64,000 nucleotides of DNA from an uncultured bacterium (GTDB taxonomy: Bacteria > Fidelibacterota > Marinisomatia > Marinisomatales > UBA1611): contig CBFIBM010000001.1 in assembly GCA_965660855.1 (NCBI GenBank), positions 63,615-127,614 of the forward strand, in the 5' to 3' direction. Positions within the stretch are counted from its first letter, which is position 1. Every line of letters starts with the position of its first letter. The position numbers and the translations under genes were made by a program. Shown here one piece after another: positions 9,771 through 20,391 of this stretch. Under the pieces are notes generated by a model that saw only the letters and a list, made by a program, of their open reading frames with translations, did not search any database and was not told the origin of the DNA.

Positions 9771-10835
9771 ATGGAAAGGAAAATAGTCCATGTTATTGGA
9801 ACTGGTACAATTGGAGAGCCCCTAATAGGTTTACTATGTGATTACAAAGATAGGTTGGGCATTGATGAAGTGACCTTCCATAAAAATACTGCTCTCAAGG
9901 ATGATCGATCAAAAATTATTGATTTATTAAATAGAGGAGCACGTCTTTCAGTAGATGATGGTAAACAAAAAGAATTTAAAAAATTAGGAATAGATCCAGA
10001 TTTTGAAAGTACAGAATCTATAAAAAGGGCGTCTGTTGTAATTGATTGCACACCTAAAGGTGTTGGCCATTCAAACAAATTAAAATATTATGATAACTTT
10101 AAAAATGATGTAAAAGGATTTCTTGCTCAAGGTAGTGAAGATGGATTTGGTAAAAAGTATGCTAGAGGTATCAATGACTCTGCCCTTAATGGATCTGATC
10201 AATTTATCCAAATAGTCTCATGTAATACTCATAATATTTCTTGTATCACTAAAACATTGACCCTTCATGAAGACCCAGATAACTTAATCGAAGGAAAGTA
10301 TTTATGTGTTAGAAGAGCTAATGATTTGAGCCAAGCAAATAGCTTTATCCCATCTCCCCAAGTTGGTGTTCATGATGATCTTATATATGGTTCTCATCAT
10401 GCAGCAGATGCTGCTGGTCTTTTTTCAACAATTGGAATGGACCTCAACCTTTTTTCATCTGCAATGAAAGTAAATAGTCAGTATATGCATATATTGTGGT
10501 TTAATTTGAAAGTAAAAGAACCGACTACTCTCACGGCTGTAAAAGAAAAGCTACATAATAATGATCATGTGGCTATAACTAATAAAGATTTAACAAGTAC
10601 AGTCTTTTCCTTTGGGCGTGATCATGGACATTATGGAAGAATAATGAATCAAACCGTTGTTGTTGAGCAGTCATTACATATAAGAAACGAGCACGAGATT
10701 TATGGTTTTTGTTTTACACCACAAGATGGTAACTCAATACTTAGCTCAATATCTGCAGCGGAGTGGTTTTTATATCCTCACTCATATGAGGATAAAATTC
10801 AATGTTTATCTAAGCTATTTTTTAATATAATTTAA
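9771..10835 (+). CDS. Archaeal-type (class II) glyceraldehyde-3-phosphate dehydrogenase homolog
   Basis: VIGTGTIG Rossmann motif, VIDCTPKGVG, catalytic VSCNT, VRRA.D, SHHA.D. Confidence 0.7.
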   Translation: MERKIVHVIGTGTIGEPLIGLLCDYKDRLGIDEVTFHKNTALKDDRSKIIDLLNRGARLSVDDGKQKEFKKLGIDPDFESTESIKRASVVIDCTPKGVGHSNKLKYYDNFKNDVKGFLAQGSEDGFGKKYARGINDSALNGSDQFIQIVSCNTHNISCITKTLTLHEDPDNLIEGKYLCVRRANDLSQANSFIPSPQVGVHDDLIYGSHHAADAAGLFSTIGMDLNLFSSAMKVNSQYMHILWFNLKVKEPTTLTAVKEKLHNNDHVAITNKDLTSTVFSFGRDHGHYGRIMNQTVVVEQSLHIRNEHEIYGFCFTPQDGNSILSSISAAEWFLYPHSYEDKIQCLSKLFFNII

Positions 10836-10849
10836 TTTCAAAAAAATGA

Positions 10850-12232
10850 ATGAAAGTAGAGTTATCAATTAAGAAGGATCCTTTCTACAAAACATTTATA
10901 AATACTTTATCGCAAATAAGTGATATCAAAGAAGGTCATAAAATTCTAATTGGAGTTTCTGGTGGTCTTGATTCTGTAGCTTTAACCTATTTACTACACT
11001 CTACTAAAAAATTCAACTTAATTATTGCGCACGTCAATCATAAATTGCGAAAGGAATGTGACGATGATCAAACATTTGTTAAGGATTTTGCTTCAAATCT
11101 AAATATCCCCTCTCATTTTAATATACTGGACCCATTAAAAAGAAAAAAAAAGATGAGTATTGAAGAGTGGGGAAGAAAAGAGAGATATTCTTTCTTTAAC
11201 GATATTTTTATCAAAACAGATGCTGATTTTATAATGACTGCACATCATGGTAATGATCAGATTGAAACTCTTCTTTTAAATTTAAGTAGAAAAACTGGTA
11301 ATGCTGGGCTTCGGGGAATTGCACATAAAAGGAAAAATTTATTAAGACCATTACTTAATTTTAGCAAAAAAGAAATTCTGAATTTTGTTAAAAGAAATAA
11401 AATCAATTACATAAATGATTCTTCAAATCAGGACTCTTCATTTACTAGAAATTTTATTAGGAATCGAGTCGTTAAACCATGGGAAAAAAAAGATATAGAT
11501 ATTGTATACAAAGTTTCTCAATCTATCAAGTTATTTAGCCAGTGGCATTTATCATTAGATTTTTTAATAAATAAATTTGTAATACCTGAAATAGTAAAAT
11601 CAAAAGATAATTTTAAAATTGAATTAAGTTTGATTGTTGAAATGCCACTCACTCTACAAGTTAGATTACTAGAAATTTTAATGGGGAATAAAAATATTAA
11701 TTTTTCTAAACATCATTATAATATGATTCATCAGTTCATAAATAAACCGAAAATTGGTACAGTGTTTGATATATTTAATTTGTGGGAGTTAAGACATGAA
11801 AGAAAATTTTTAGTTGGTTACAAAATAAAAGATATTATGAATTGTTCTTCTTATAATCTTTTATTCAATGTACCTATATTTGTTAACAACCACATATTTG
11901 AAGTTGGTTTAGAAAATAGTATAAAATACAAAAAAGAAAATGTCCTAAGTGAAGAATTTGTTGATTTTGATAAATTAAAAGATAAAAATCTGATACTCAG
12001 GTTATGGGAAAAAGGTGATAAGTTCATTCCTTTAGGAATGAATGGTCACCAGAAAGTGAGTGACTTTTTAATAAATCAAAAAGTAGAACAGAAAAATAAA
12101 GAGAAACAATACGTTATGACAGCTGATAATGAAATTATCTGGATTTGTGGAATGAGATTATCAGATTCATTTAAAATTGATGAACATACAAAACAGAAAG
12201 CATGCCTTATCCAATTAAAGTCAAATGATTAA
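10850..12232 (+). CDS. tilS: tRNA(Ile)-lysidine synthetase
   Basis: SGGLDS PP-loop, HVNHKLR, TAHHGNDQIET, RPLL, RNFIR; tilS-hpt-ftsH order. Confidence 0.95.
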   Translation: MKVELSIKKDPFYKTFINTLSQISDIKEGHKILIGVSGGLDSVALTYLLHSTKKFNLIIAHVNHKLRKECDDDQTFVKDFASNLNIPSHFNILDPLKRKKKMSIEEWGRKERYSFFNDIFIKTDADFIMTAHHGNDQIETLLLNLSRKTGNAGLRGIAHKRKNLLRPLLNFSKKEILNFVKRNKINYINDSSNQDSSFTRNFIRNRVVKPWEKKDIDIVYKVSQSIKLFSQWHLSLDFLINKFVIPEIVKSKDNFKIELSLIVEMPLTLQVRLLEILMGNKNINFSKHHYNMIHQFINKPKIGTVFDIFNLWELRHERKFLVGYKIKDIMNCSSYNLLFNVPIFVNNHIFEVGLENSIKYKKENVLSEEFVDFDKLKDKNLILRLWEKGDKFIPLGMNGHQKVSDFLINQKVEQKNKEKQYVMTADNEIIWICGMRLSDSFKIDEHTKQKACLIQLKSND

Positions 12233-12779
12233 ATTACCAAAAAATTTTAAGCTTATTTATAGCGCTGAGGAAATCGATAATAAAGTAAATCAAATTGCAA
12301 AATTAATATCAAATGATTTTGAGGATTCAACTCCAGTACTAATTGGTGTGCTGAATGGTAGTTTTATTTTTCTTGCTGACTTAGTGCGTAAAATCAAAAT
12401 TAAAACAGAAATTGAATTTGTAAGACTAAAAAGCTATGAAGGATTCAAATCTAAAGAAGATGTAAAATTAGTTTATAATATTAGAAAAGATTTAAAAGAT
12501 AGAGATGTCTTAATTGTTGAAGATATTATTGATACTGGTAAGACATTAACTTTTTTGTACGATAAAATTCAAAAAATGAAACCAAAATCAATTTCTGTAG
12601 TTTCATTTTTATTAAAACCTGGAAGTAATAATTTTAATAGGAAAATAAAATATGTTGGTTTTGAAATACCATCTGATTTTGTTGTAGGATATGGTATGGA
12701 TTTTGATGAAAAATTTAGGAATTTAGATTCTTTATATAAAATAAGTGATGAAACAGAATATAAAGACAATTTGTCATGA
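12225..12779 (+). CDS. hpt: Hypoxanthine phosphoribosyltransferase
   Basis: VLIVEDIIDTGKTL PRPP motif, FVVGYGMD. Confidence 0.95.
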   Translation: MIKLPKNFKLIYSAEEIDNKVNQIAKLISNDFEDSTPVLIGVLNGSFIFLADLVRKIKIKTEIEFVRLKSYEGFKSKEDVKLVYNIRKDLKDRDVLIVEDIIDTGKTLTFLYDKIQKMKPKSISVVSFLLKPGSNNFNRKIKYVGFEIPSDFVVGYGMDFDEKFRNLDSLYKISDETEYKDNLS

Positions 12780-12818
12780 ATCACGTTGAAAGAATAGTTA
12801 TTTTCCTGAATGAAACGT

Positions 12819-12834
12819 TGGTACAATATTTGCT
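12819..12834 (+). promoter_or_regulatory. Putative sigma54 (-24/-12) promoter of ftsH
   Basis: TGGTAC-AATAT-TTGCT, GG-N10-GC spacing, close to consensus TGGCAC-N5-TTGCW; 42 bp before the ftsH ATG. Confidence 0.6.
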
Positions 12835-12876
12835 ACCATAATGTGTTAATTGCTTTAAAACATTTAAGGGTAAGGT

Positions 12877-14937
12877 ATGATAGATAACAAACAAAAATTA
12901 AAAAATGACAATAATAAAGATAAAGATAGAAAAAAGAAGGATGATTTTGATTGGAAAAAAGCAGGAAGAACAAGTTTTGTTTGGCTTTCAATAATTTTTG
13001 GAGCTATCTACATATCTGGATTATTGACTGATGTTGGTAAAAAAGAAATAGAGATTGAATATACACAATACAAAAGTTTTCTTGAAAATGGTGAAATTGA
13101 AAAAGCCGTTATTATGGGAGAAAAATTTTATGGTGAATTTAAAACACCTAAATCTCTGCCCAATAGGTTGGGAGGGCAATTAGATGGCATTACACATTTT
13201 AAACTTACTCTACCGTTTATTGATAGAGAAAATACTGAAGAATGGGACTCAGCAGGTCTTCAATATACTTTTAAAGAACAAAAAATTGATTGGACTGGTT
13301 ATCTTTTAAATATGTTACCATGGATTCTTCTATTAGGATTTTGGTTTTTTATGATTAAGAGAATGCAAGGTGGGGCTGGTGGTGTAGGTGGAATATTTAA
13401 GTTCGGTAAGAGCAAGGCTTCCTTGTGGACTTCAGATCAACCAAGAGTTACATTTAAGCAGGTTGCTGGCTGTGAAGAGGCAAAAGAAGAATTAAAAGAA
13501 GTTATCGATTTTTTAAAAAGTCCAAAACGTTTTCAGAAACTTGGCGCAAAAGTTCCAAAAGGAGCCCTGCTAGTAGGCCCTCCTGGTACCGGGAAAACTC
13601 TTCTTGCAAGAGCAGTTGCAGGTGAAGCTGGAGTCCCGTTTTATAGTTTAAGTGGAGCAGATTTTGTAGAAATGTTTGTTGGAGTTGGAGCTTCAAGAGT
13701 AAGAGACTTGTTTGAACAAGCAAAGAAGAGCTCACCTGGAATAGTTTTTATTGATGAGATGGATGCTGTTGGTAGACAACGTGGAGCAGGAATAGGTGGT
13801 GGCCACGATGAAAGAGAACAAACTTTGAATGCACTACTAGTAGAAATGGATGGCTTTGATAATACACATAATGTTATTGTGATTGCTGCAACTAATAGAC
13901 CTGATGTCCTTGATCCAGCATTATTAAGACCAGGACGTTTTGATAGGCAGATTGTGGTGGATGCTCCTGATGTAAAAGGAAGATTAGGCATTTTAAAAGT
14001 CCATACAAAAAATGTTGTAATAAACCACAGAAAAGTTGACCTGGAGTCGATTGCTAAAGGAACACCTGGAATGGTTGGAGCTGATTTAGCAAATATTGTA
14101 AATGAAGCTGCATTACTTGCTGCGCGAAAAAGAAAAAGATCCATTGATATGGATGATTTTGAAGAAGCAAAAGATAAAGTTATCATGGGTGTCCAAAGAA
14201 AAAGTATGATTCTTTCTGATGAAGAGAAAAAAGTGACAGCTTACCATGAGGCTGGACATGCTCTTGTTGCAATAAAAACTAAAGGCGCTGATCCAGTTCA
14301 CAAAATAACAATTATTCCAAGAGGTCGAGCTTTGGGAGTTACTATGCAGCTTCCAATGGATGAAAGACATGGATACACCAGAGATTATGTTGAAGGTCGT
14401 CTAGGAATATTGATGGGTGGAAGAAGTGCAGAAATGCTAATTTTTAATGAAATGACCACTGGTGCTGGAAATGATATTGAACAAGCGACTCAAATTGCAA
14501 AAAAAATGGTAACTGAGTGGGGAATGAGTGATTTACTAGGGCCTATGACTTTTGGTAAAAAAAGTGAAGAAGTCTTCTTAGGACGGGATATGGGAAGTAG
14601 TCGAGATTATAGTGAAACCACTGCCAGGATGATTGATGAAGAGGTGAGTAGAATAGTTAGGGATGCTCAAAGACTTGCTGACGAAATTTTAAGGAAAGAA
14701 ATAGATATTCTACATCATCTCGCTAAAGAATTACTAAAATATGAAACAATTGATACAAAAGATCTTAAAATAATACTCGAAGGGAAAAAATTAACAAGGC
14801 CTCTTAATGGTAAGAAAACATTTAGATCAAAGAGAAAGGTTAATTACACTTCAAAGAGTAATAACTTAAAAAATAAACAGGTAAGAGATAAAAAAGAAAC
14901 TCAAGTAAAAATAGATCGTAAAGCAGAAAAAATTTAG
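12877..14937 (+). CDS. ftsH: ATP-dependent zinc metalloprotease FtsH
   Basis: Two TM helices, [28 protein letters not shown]. Confidence 0.98.
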   Translation: MIDNKQKLKNDNNKDKDRKKKDDFDWKKAGRTSFVWLSIIFGAIYISGLLTDVGKKEIEIEYTQYKSFLENGEIEKAVIMGEKFYGEFKTPKSLPNRLGGQLDGITHFKLTLPFIDRENTEEWDSAGLQYTFKEQKIDWTGYLLNMLPWILLLGFWFFMIKRMQGGAGGVGGIFKFGKSKASLWTSDQPRVTFKQVAGCEEAKEELKEVIDFLKSPKRFQKLGAKVPKGALLVGPPGTGKTLLARAVAGEAGVPFYSLSGADFVEMFVGVGASRVRDLFEQAKKSSPGIVFIDEMDAVGRQRGAGIGGGHDEREQTLNALLVEMDGFDNTHNVIVIAATNRPDVLDPALLRPGRFDRQIVVDAPDVKGRLGILKVHTKNVVINHRKVDLESIAKGTPGMVGADLANIVNEAALLAARKRKRSIDMDDFEEAKDKVIMGVQRKSMILSDEEKKVTAYHEAGHALVAIKTKGADPVHKITIIPRGRALGVTMQLPMDERHGYTRDYVEGRLGILMGGRSAEMLIFNEMTTGAGNDIEQATQIAKKMVTEWGMSDLLGPMTFGKKSEEVFLGRDMGSSRDYSETTARMIDEEVSRIVRDAQRLADEILRKEIDILHHLAKELLKYETIDTKDLKIILEGKKLTRPLNGKKTFRSKRKVNYTSKSNNLKNKQVRDKKETQVKIDRKAEKI

Positions 14938-14965
14938 AATTTTCTTATACAATTAGGAGGGTAAA

Positions 14966-15799
14966 ATCGACAATTTTGATAAATTAATCAAATTAAAAAA
15001 CCGAACTCTCTTAATGGGGATATTGAATGTAACTCCCGATTCGTTTAGTGATGGTGGGAAGTATCAATCCACAAATGTTGCTGTTGAAAAAGGAATCCAA
15101 TTAGTCAAAGATGGTGCCGATGTTTTGGATATCGGAGGTGAATCCACGCGGCCAGAATCCGATGCTGTAACAACAAGCCAAGAATTAGAAAGAGTGATCC
15201 CAGTTATTAGGGAATTACGCGATAAAAAAATTAATATTCCAATTTCGATTGACACAAACAAATCAGAAGTTGCTAAAATTGCGATAGAATCCGGTGCAAA
15301 TATTGTAAATGATGTCAGTGGACTAACTATGGATAAGAGAATGGTTGAAGTAGTTGCCTCCAAAAATGTTCCTGTAGTACTAATGCACATGAAAGGTCTT
15401 CCCAAAACTATGCAAAGAAAACCTCTTTATGATAATATAATTTTAGAAATATATAATTTTTTAAAATCTCAAGCAAATTTTGCAATAAACAATGGTGTTA
15501 AATCTAAAAATATTATAATTGACCCAGGTATTGGATTTGGAAAAACAGTCAATGACAATTATGAATTATTAGCTAAATTAAAAGAGTTTACTAAAATGAA
15601 CTATCCTATATTAATTGGTACCAGTAGGAAATCATTTATTGGGGAAATATTAAAAGACTCTGTAGACAAAAGATTAGAAGGAACTGCAGCGTCTATAGCT
15701 ATCTCTATCTTAAATGGAGCAAAAATAGTTAGAGTTCATGATGTTCTAGAAATGAAAAAGGTATGTAAAATTGTAGATAAAACAATGGAGATGTGTTGA
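14966..15799 (+). CDS. folP: Dihydropteroate synthase (probable ATC start at 14966; first ATG at 15014)
   Basis: RTLLMGILNVTPDSFSDGG, DIGGESTRP, DPGIGFGK, SRKSF, VRVHDV; AGGAGG at 14955-14960. Confidence 0.93.
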   Translation: MDNFDKLIKLKNRTLLMGILNVTPDSFSDGGKYQSTNVAVEKGIQLVKDGADVLDIGGESTRPESDAVTTSQELERVIPVIRELRDKKINIPISIDTNKSEVAKIAIESGANIVNDVSGLTMDKRMVEVVASKNVPVVLMHMKGLPKTMQRKPLYDNIILEIYNFLKSQANFAINNGVKSKNIIIDPGIGFGKTVNDNYELLAKLKEFTKMNYPILIGTSRKSFIGEILKDSVDKRLEGTAASIAISILNGAKIVRVHDVLEMKKVCKIVDKTMEMC

Positions 15800-16575
15800 C
15801 ATTATTTAAATTAGGTTTTTTAACAATTACACTCATCGACGTACTTGATTTGCTTCTTGTCACCTGGATATTTTATAAAGTTTATCAATATTTTCATGAA
15901 ACTCGCGCTGGTCAAATGTTAGTTGGACTAGTCATATTATTAATTTCTTCATTTGTTTTTAATTCTTTTGGTCTGAGTGCCATGTCATGGTTAGTAAACC
16001 AATTTCAAACAGTATGGGTTGTTGCTTTTGTAATTCTTTTTCAACCTGAAATAAGAAGACTTTTAATATATATAGGTCAAACAAGATTTTTTCAAAAAAT
16101 TTTTAGAATGAGCACTTCTAGATCACTTGAATCAATAGTGGAATCATCTCTAAAATTATCTGAAAAAAAATGGGGAGCAATCATTGTAATTCAAAGAGAG
16201 ACTGGCCTTAGATCTTATAAAGATGCTGCATTACAGTTAAAAGCTGAAGTTTCAACTCCATTGTTATTATCAATATTTAACCCATCATCACCAATGCACG
16301 ATGGCGCTGTCATTATACAAAATACACTTCTTGAAGCAGCTGGTTGTATACTGCCACTCACTGAGAGTCAAATGGTTTTACCAGAGATGGGCACTAGACA
16401 TAGAGCCGCTCTTGGTATAACAGAAGAGTCAGACTCAATTGTAATTGTTGTGTCAGAAGAAAGGGGAACAATTGCAACTGCTGAGAATGGTAGGTTTACA
16501 AATTTAGATATGGATGAAATGAAGCTAAGACGTTACTTGAATGAACGATTATTTATCAGTTCAGGTGATTTATAA
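15796..16575 (+). CDS. cdaA: Diadenylate cyclase CdaA (c-di-AMP synthase)
   Basis: 3 N-terminal TM helices, FQPEIRR, HDGAV and GTRHRAA motifs; TTG 15796 with GGAG SD (GTG 15793 is the alternative). Confidence 0.9.
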   Translation: MTLFKLGFLTITLIDVLDLLLVTWIFYKVYQYFHETRAGQMLVGLVILLISSFVFNSFGLSAMSWLVNQFQTVWVVAFVILFQPEIRRLLIYIGQTRFFQKIFRMSTSRSLESIVESSLKLSEKKWGAIIVIQRETGLRSYKDAALQLKAEVSTPLLLSIFNPSSPMHDGAVIIQNTLLEAAGCILPLTESQMVLPEMGTRHRAALGITEESDSIVIVVSEERGTIATAENGRFTNLDMDEMKLRRYLNERLFISSGDL

Positions 16576-16625
16576 AGTTTTAATTCAGTTCTATAAACAC
16601 AAATGGTACTGTTGTAAATTTTCTT

Positions 16626-17718
16626 ATGGAATTTTCTGATTTAAAAGAACAATTTAGTCAAATACAAAAAAGAGACAAAAAAATAAGGGGGTACCTTTGA
16701 CTTTGATAGAACTTTTAATAAATTAGAAAATCTAAAAAAAGAATCCTTAGATACATCTTTTTGGGATAATAAAGAATATGCTTCAAAAATTTTAAGAAAA
16801 ATCTCTAGAATTGAAAAAGAGATCACTACCTGGAATGATTTAAAGAGAAAACATGATGATATTGAGGTTTTATTTGAGTTTGTAGAAATTGGAGAGGTTG
16901 AAGCACAGGAGATTCAAAATGAACTAACCCACTATAAGAAAACATTAGATGATGTAGAAGTTAAATTGATATTAGGTAAATCTGAAGATCTGCAAAATGC
17001 AATCATTACAATTCATCCAGGTGCCGGAGGTACAGAAAGCCAAGATTGGGCACAAATGTTATATAGAATGTATACAAAATGGGCAGAGAAAGAAGGCTTT
17101 AAAATAGAAGTTATTGACTTTCAACCAGGAGAAGAGGCTGGATTAAAAGATATAACATTTGAAATAAAAGGAGATTATGCTTTTGGGTTTTCAAAAGCGG
17201 AAGCGGGGGTACATCGAATGGTTCGAATTTCTCCATTTGACTCCGCAAGTAGAAGACATACATCTTTTGCTTCAGTATTTGTTTATCCATCTATTGACGA
17301 AGATATAGAAGTTGATATAAATCCTACTGACTTAAGGATAGACACATACAGAGCTAGTGGGGCAGGAGGTCAACATGTAAATAAAACAGATTCAGCCGTA
17401 AGAATAACGCATTTACCAAGTGGCATAGTTGCACAGTGCCAAAATCAAAGATCTCAACATAAAAATAAAAACCAAGCCATGAAAATCCTTAATGCAAGAC
17501 TTTATCAATTAGAGCTAGAGAAAGAGAAAGAGAAAAATAAAGAATTAGAAGACCAAAAGATGGATATCGGCTGGGGTAGTCAAATTAGAAGTTATGTGTT
17601 TCACCCATATCAAATGGTGAAAGATCATCGTACTAAAGAGGAAAATGGAAATACTCAAGCAGTGATGGACGGGAATATAAATAAATTCATTCGTGCCTAT
17701 TTATTATCTAATATTTAG
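16626..17718 (+). CDS. prfB: Peptide chain release factor 2 with programmed +1 frameshift
   Basis: ATG 16626 frame MEFSDL...RGYL ends at AGGGGG-TAC-CTT-TGA-C (16686-16701); the +1 frame carries SPF and GGQ motifs. Confidence 0.95.
16686..16701 (+). promoter_or_regulatory. RF2 +1 ribosomal frameshift site
   Basis: Internal SD AGGGGG 3 nt before CTT TGA C. Confidence 0.93.
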
Positions 17719-17732
17719 AATAAAGGAATAAG

Positions 17733-19226
17733 ATGTCAGAAGATCAAAAAAGTCTTAAGCAAATCATAGATTTTAGAATTCAAAAATTAAATAAATTAAA
17801 AGAATATGGAGTTAACCCATACCCCTCAAAGTTTAATTCAACAAATAATAGTTCAAATATTAAAAATAATTATGAAGCTCTTGAAAATACAAATGTGAGT
17901 ATTGCAGGTAGAATAATGGCAATTAGAAAAATGGGAAAGGCATCATTTGCTCAGATAATGGATTCAGATTCTAAAATTCAGATATTTGTTAAGAGGGATA
18001 ATATTGGAGATGAATTTTATGATCATTTTAAACTTTTAGATATTGGGGATCATATTGGTGTAAATGGTAAAGTATTTAAAACAAAAACAGGTGAAATATC
18101 AATTAATGTGATGCAAATTTCGATCCTTTCGAAGAGTATTAGACCATTACCAATTGTAAAAGAAAAAGATGGTCAACTATATGATGCCTTTATTGATAAA
18201 GAGCAACGTTATAGAAATAGACATTTAGATCTAATATTGAATCCATCTGTGAAAAAAACTTTTATTAAAAGATCAAAAATTCTTAAAGAAATTCGATTAT
18301 ATCTCGATCAAAAAGAATTCTTGGAAGTAGAGACTCCAATTTTGCAACCAATATATGGTGGAGCAAATGCTAAGCCTTTTACCACTCATCATAATTCATT
18401 AAATCAGAATTTATTTTTAAGAATTGCAGACGAACTGTACTTGAAAAGATTAATAATTGGTGGCTTTGATAAGGTATATGAGATGTCTAAAGATTTTAGA
18501 AATGAGGGAATGGATCGTAGCCATAATCCTGAATTTACAATGCTTGAATTTTATTGGGCTTATGCAGATTATAACGACTGTATGGATTTAGTGGAAGATA
18601 TGATTAGAGTTATTGCAGATAATATTGGTTCATTAATTATAAAATGGGATGGGAAAAAATTTGATTTGTCTGAACCATTTCAAAGAATTCCTTTTTTTGA
18701 ACTATTAGAAAATGAAATTGGACATGATTTGAAAAATAAGAATGAGAGTGAATTAAAAGAAGTTTGCATTGAGAAAGGCTTGGAGGTAAACCCGAATGCA
18801 AACATTGGGCAACTTTTAGATACATTAATGAGTGAATTTGTTGAACCTAAATTGATTAAGCCAACATTTGTTATTGATTACCCGAAGGCAATATCTCCTT
18901 TGGCAAAAATGCATCGTAACGGTGATGATAAAATTGTTGAAAGATTTGAATTGTTTATTGGTGGCTCTGAATTTGCAAATAGTTTCTCAGAATTAAATGA
19001 TCCTGTAGACCAAAGGAATAGACTCGAAGAACAAGCAGAGAGAAAAATTAAAGGGGATGAAGAAGCTCACCCAATAGATGAAAACTTTTTACAGGCAATG
19101 GAATGTGGTATGCCTCCAACCGGTGGAGTGGGTATTGGAATTGATAGGCTTACTATGCTCTTAACTGGGAACCGCTGGATAAAAGATGTTATTCTTTTCC
19201 CTGCTTTAAGGCCAGAGTCAGAATAA
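17733..19226 (+). CDS. lysS: Lysine--tRNA ligase (class II)
   Basis: GGANAKPF, FRNEGMDRSHNPEFT, GMPPTGGVGIGIDRL. Confidence 0.97.
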   Translation: MSEDQKSLKQIIDFRIQKLNKLKEYGVNPYPSKFNSTNNSSNIKNNYEALENTNVSIAGRIMAIRKMGKASFAQIMDSDSKIQIFVKRDNIGDEFYDHFKLLDIGDHIGVNGKVFKTKTGEISINVMQISILSKSIRPLPIVKEKDGQLYDAFIDKEQRYRNRHLDLILNPSVKKTFIKRSKILKEIRLYLDQKEFLEVETPILQPIYGGANAKPFTTHHNSLNQNLFLRIADELYLKRLIIGGFDKVYEMSKDFRNEGMDRSHNPEFTMLEFYWAYADYNDCMDLVEDMIRVIADNIGSLIIKWDGKKFDLSEPFQRIPFFELLENEIGHDLKNKNESELKEVCIEKGLEVNPNANIGQLLDTLMSEFVEPKLIKPTFVIDYPKAISPLAKMHRNGDDKIVERFELFIGGSEFANSFSELNDPVDQRNRLEEQAERKIKGDEEAHPIDENFLQAMECGMPPTGGVGIGIDRLTMLLTGNRWIKDVILFPALRPESE

Positions 19227-19233
19227 AAGTATT

Positions 19234-20391
19234 TTGCGAAAAACTTTTTTTTTTGCTTTCAGATTAGTTTTTTCAAAAGAAATAGGTAGCTTTTCTAGGT
19301 TTGCAAGTCTCCTTTCTATCGGTGGTCTTAGTATCGGAGTTACTGCTTTAATATTAACAGTGAGTATCATCCAAGGTTTTCAAGATGTTATTTCTATTAA
19401 ACTTTCCTCATTTGAGGGAACTGGAAGAATAAAGCATATTCTCTCAAAACCTATAAATTTAAATAGCAAAGAATTTGCACAATTCTCCTCAAAAATAGAT
19501 TCGAAAACAATCACTCCTTATTTTAGAGATATCGCTTTGATAAGAAAAGGAAGAATAGCTGATGGAATCATTATTGAAGGTTCGTCTCTCATTCCAACAT
19601 TTATAAAAAGTGATAGTTTAAATTTATTATTAAATAATGAAATTATTATTGGGAAAATATTAGCTAAGAATTTGAAGGTAAAAAAAGGGGACAAGGTTTT
19701 TGTACAATCGCTTAATATAAAAAATGAATCAATAATTAAGCCATTATCAATTAAAGGTGTCTTTTATTCAGGACTACAAGAATTTGATAAATCAATGACC
19801 TATACAAATCTCTCTACTGCACAGGAAATTTTTGAAATGAATCAGAATCAGATTTCTGGATTAATTTTTAAAAATAAGATAGAGCAAGAATTAATACAAA
19901 ATATTACCTATCCATTAATTTATGAAGATTGGAAAAGTAGGCATTCACTTTTATTTGAATGGATTAAATTACAAAGGTGGCCTGCTTATATAATGTTTGG
20001 ATTGATAACGCTAGTGGGTTTAGTCAATCTGGTAGCATCATTAAATATGATTATCCAAGAAAAAAAAGCTCAAATTGCAATTCTATTTTCACAGGGAATA
20101 AATATAAATGATTTAAAGTTTATATTCATGCTTCAAGGTGGTATTATTGGTCTATTTGGAGCAGTGATCGGAGGTTTTTTTTCTGTCTTTTTAATAATAT
20201 TAGAAAAAAAAATAAATATTTTTAAAATACCTTCCGATGTTTATTTTATGGACAGAGTTCCGCTTTCATTTGATATGGCTACTTTTTTATCTATAGTAAT
20301 AATAATTTTTTTTATATCTCTACTTTTCTCATTAATTCCATTGAAGTATATAAAAAAAATAAATGTAGCTAAAACTTTAAAATACGAATGA
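19234..20391 (+). CDS. Lipoprotein-releasing ABC permease (LolC/E family)
   Basis: MacB/FtsX topology (1 TM, periplasmic domain, 3 TM); upstream of lolD. Confidence 0.8.
   Translation: MRKTFFFAFRLVFSKEIGSFSRFASLLSIGGLSIGVTALILTVSIIQGFQDVISIKLSSFEGTGRIKHILSKPINLNSKEFAQFSSKIDSKTITPYFRDIALIRKGRIADGIIIEGSSLIPTFIKSDSLNLLLNNEIIIGKILAKNLKVKKGDKVFVQSLNIKNESIIKPLSIKGVFYSGLQEFDKSMTYTNLSTAQEIFEMNQNQISGLIFKNKIEQELIQNITYPLIYEDWKSRHSLLFEWIKLQRWPAYIMFGLITLVGLVNLVASLNMIIQEKKAQIAILFSQGININDLKFIFMLQGGIIGLFGAVIGGFFSVFLIILEKKINIFKIPSDVYFMDRVPLSFDMATFLSIVIIIFFISLLFSLIPLKYIKKINVAKTLKYE

Noticed and set aside
13641-14186. 181-aa antisense ORF within ftsH, and similar antisense ORFs in dnaK, folP, clpC and others
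   Set aside because: Typical shadow frames of conserved genes, with no independent motifs or SD
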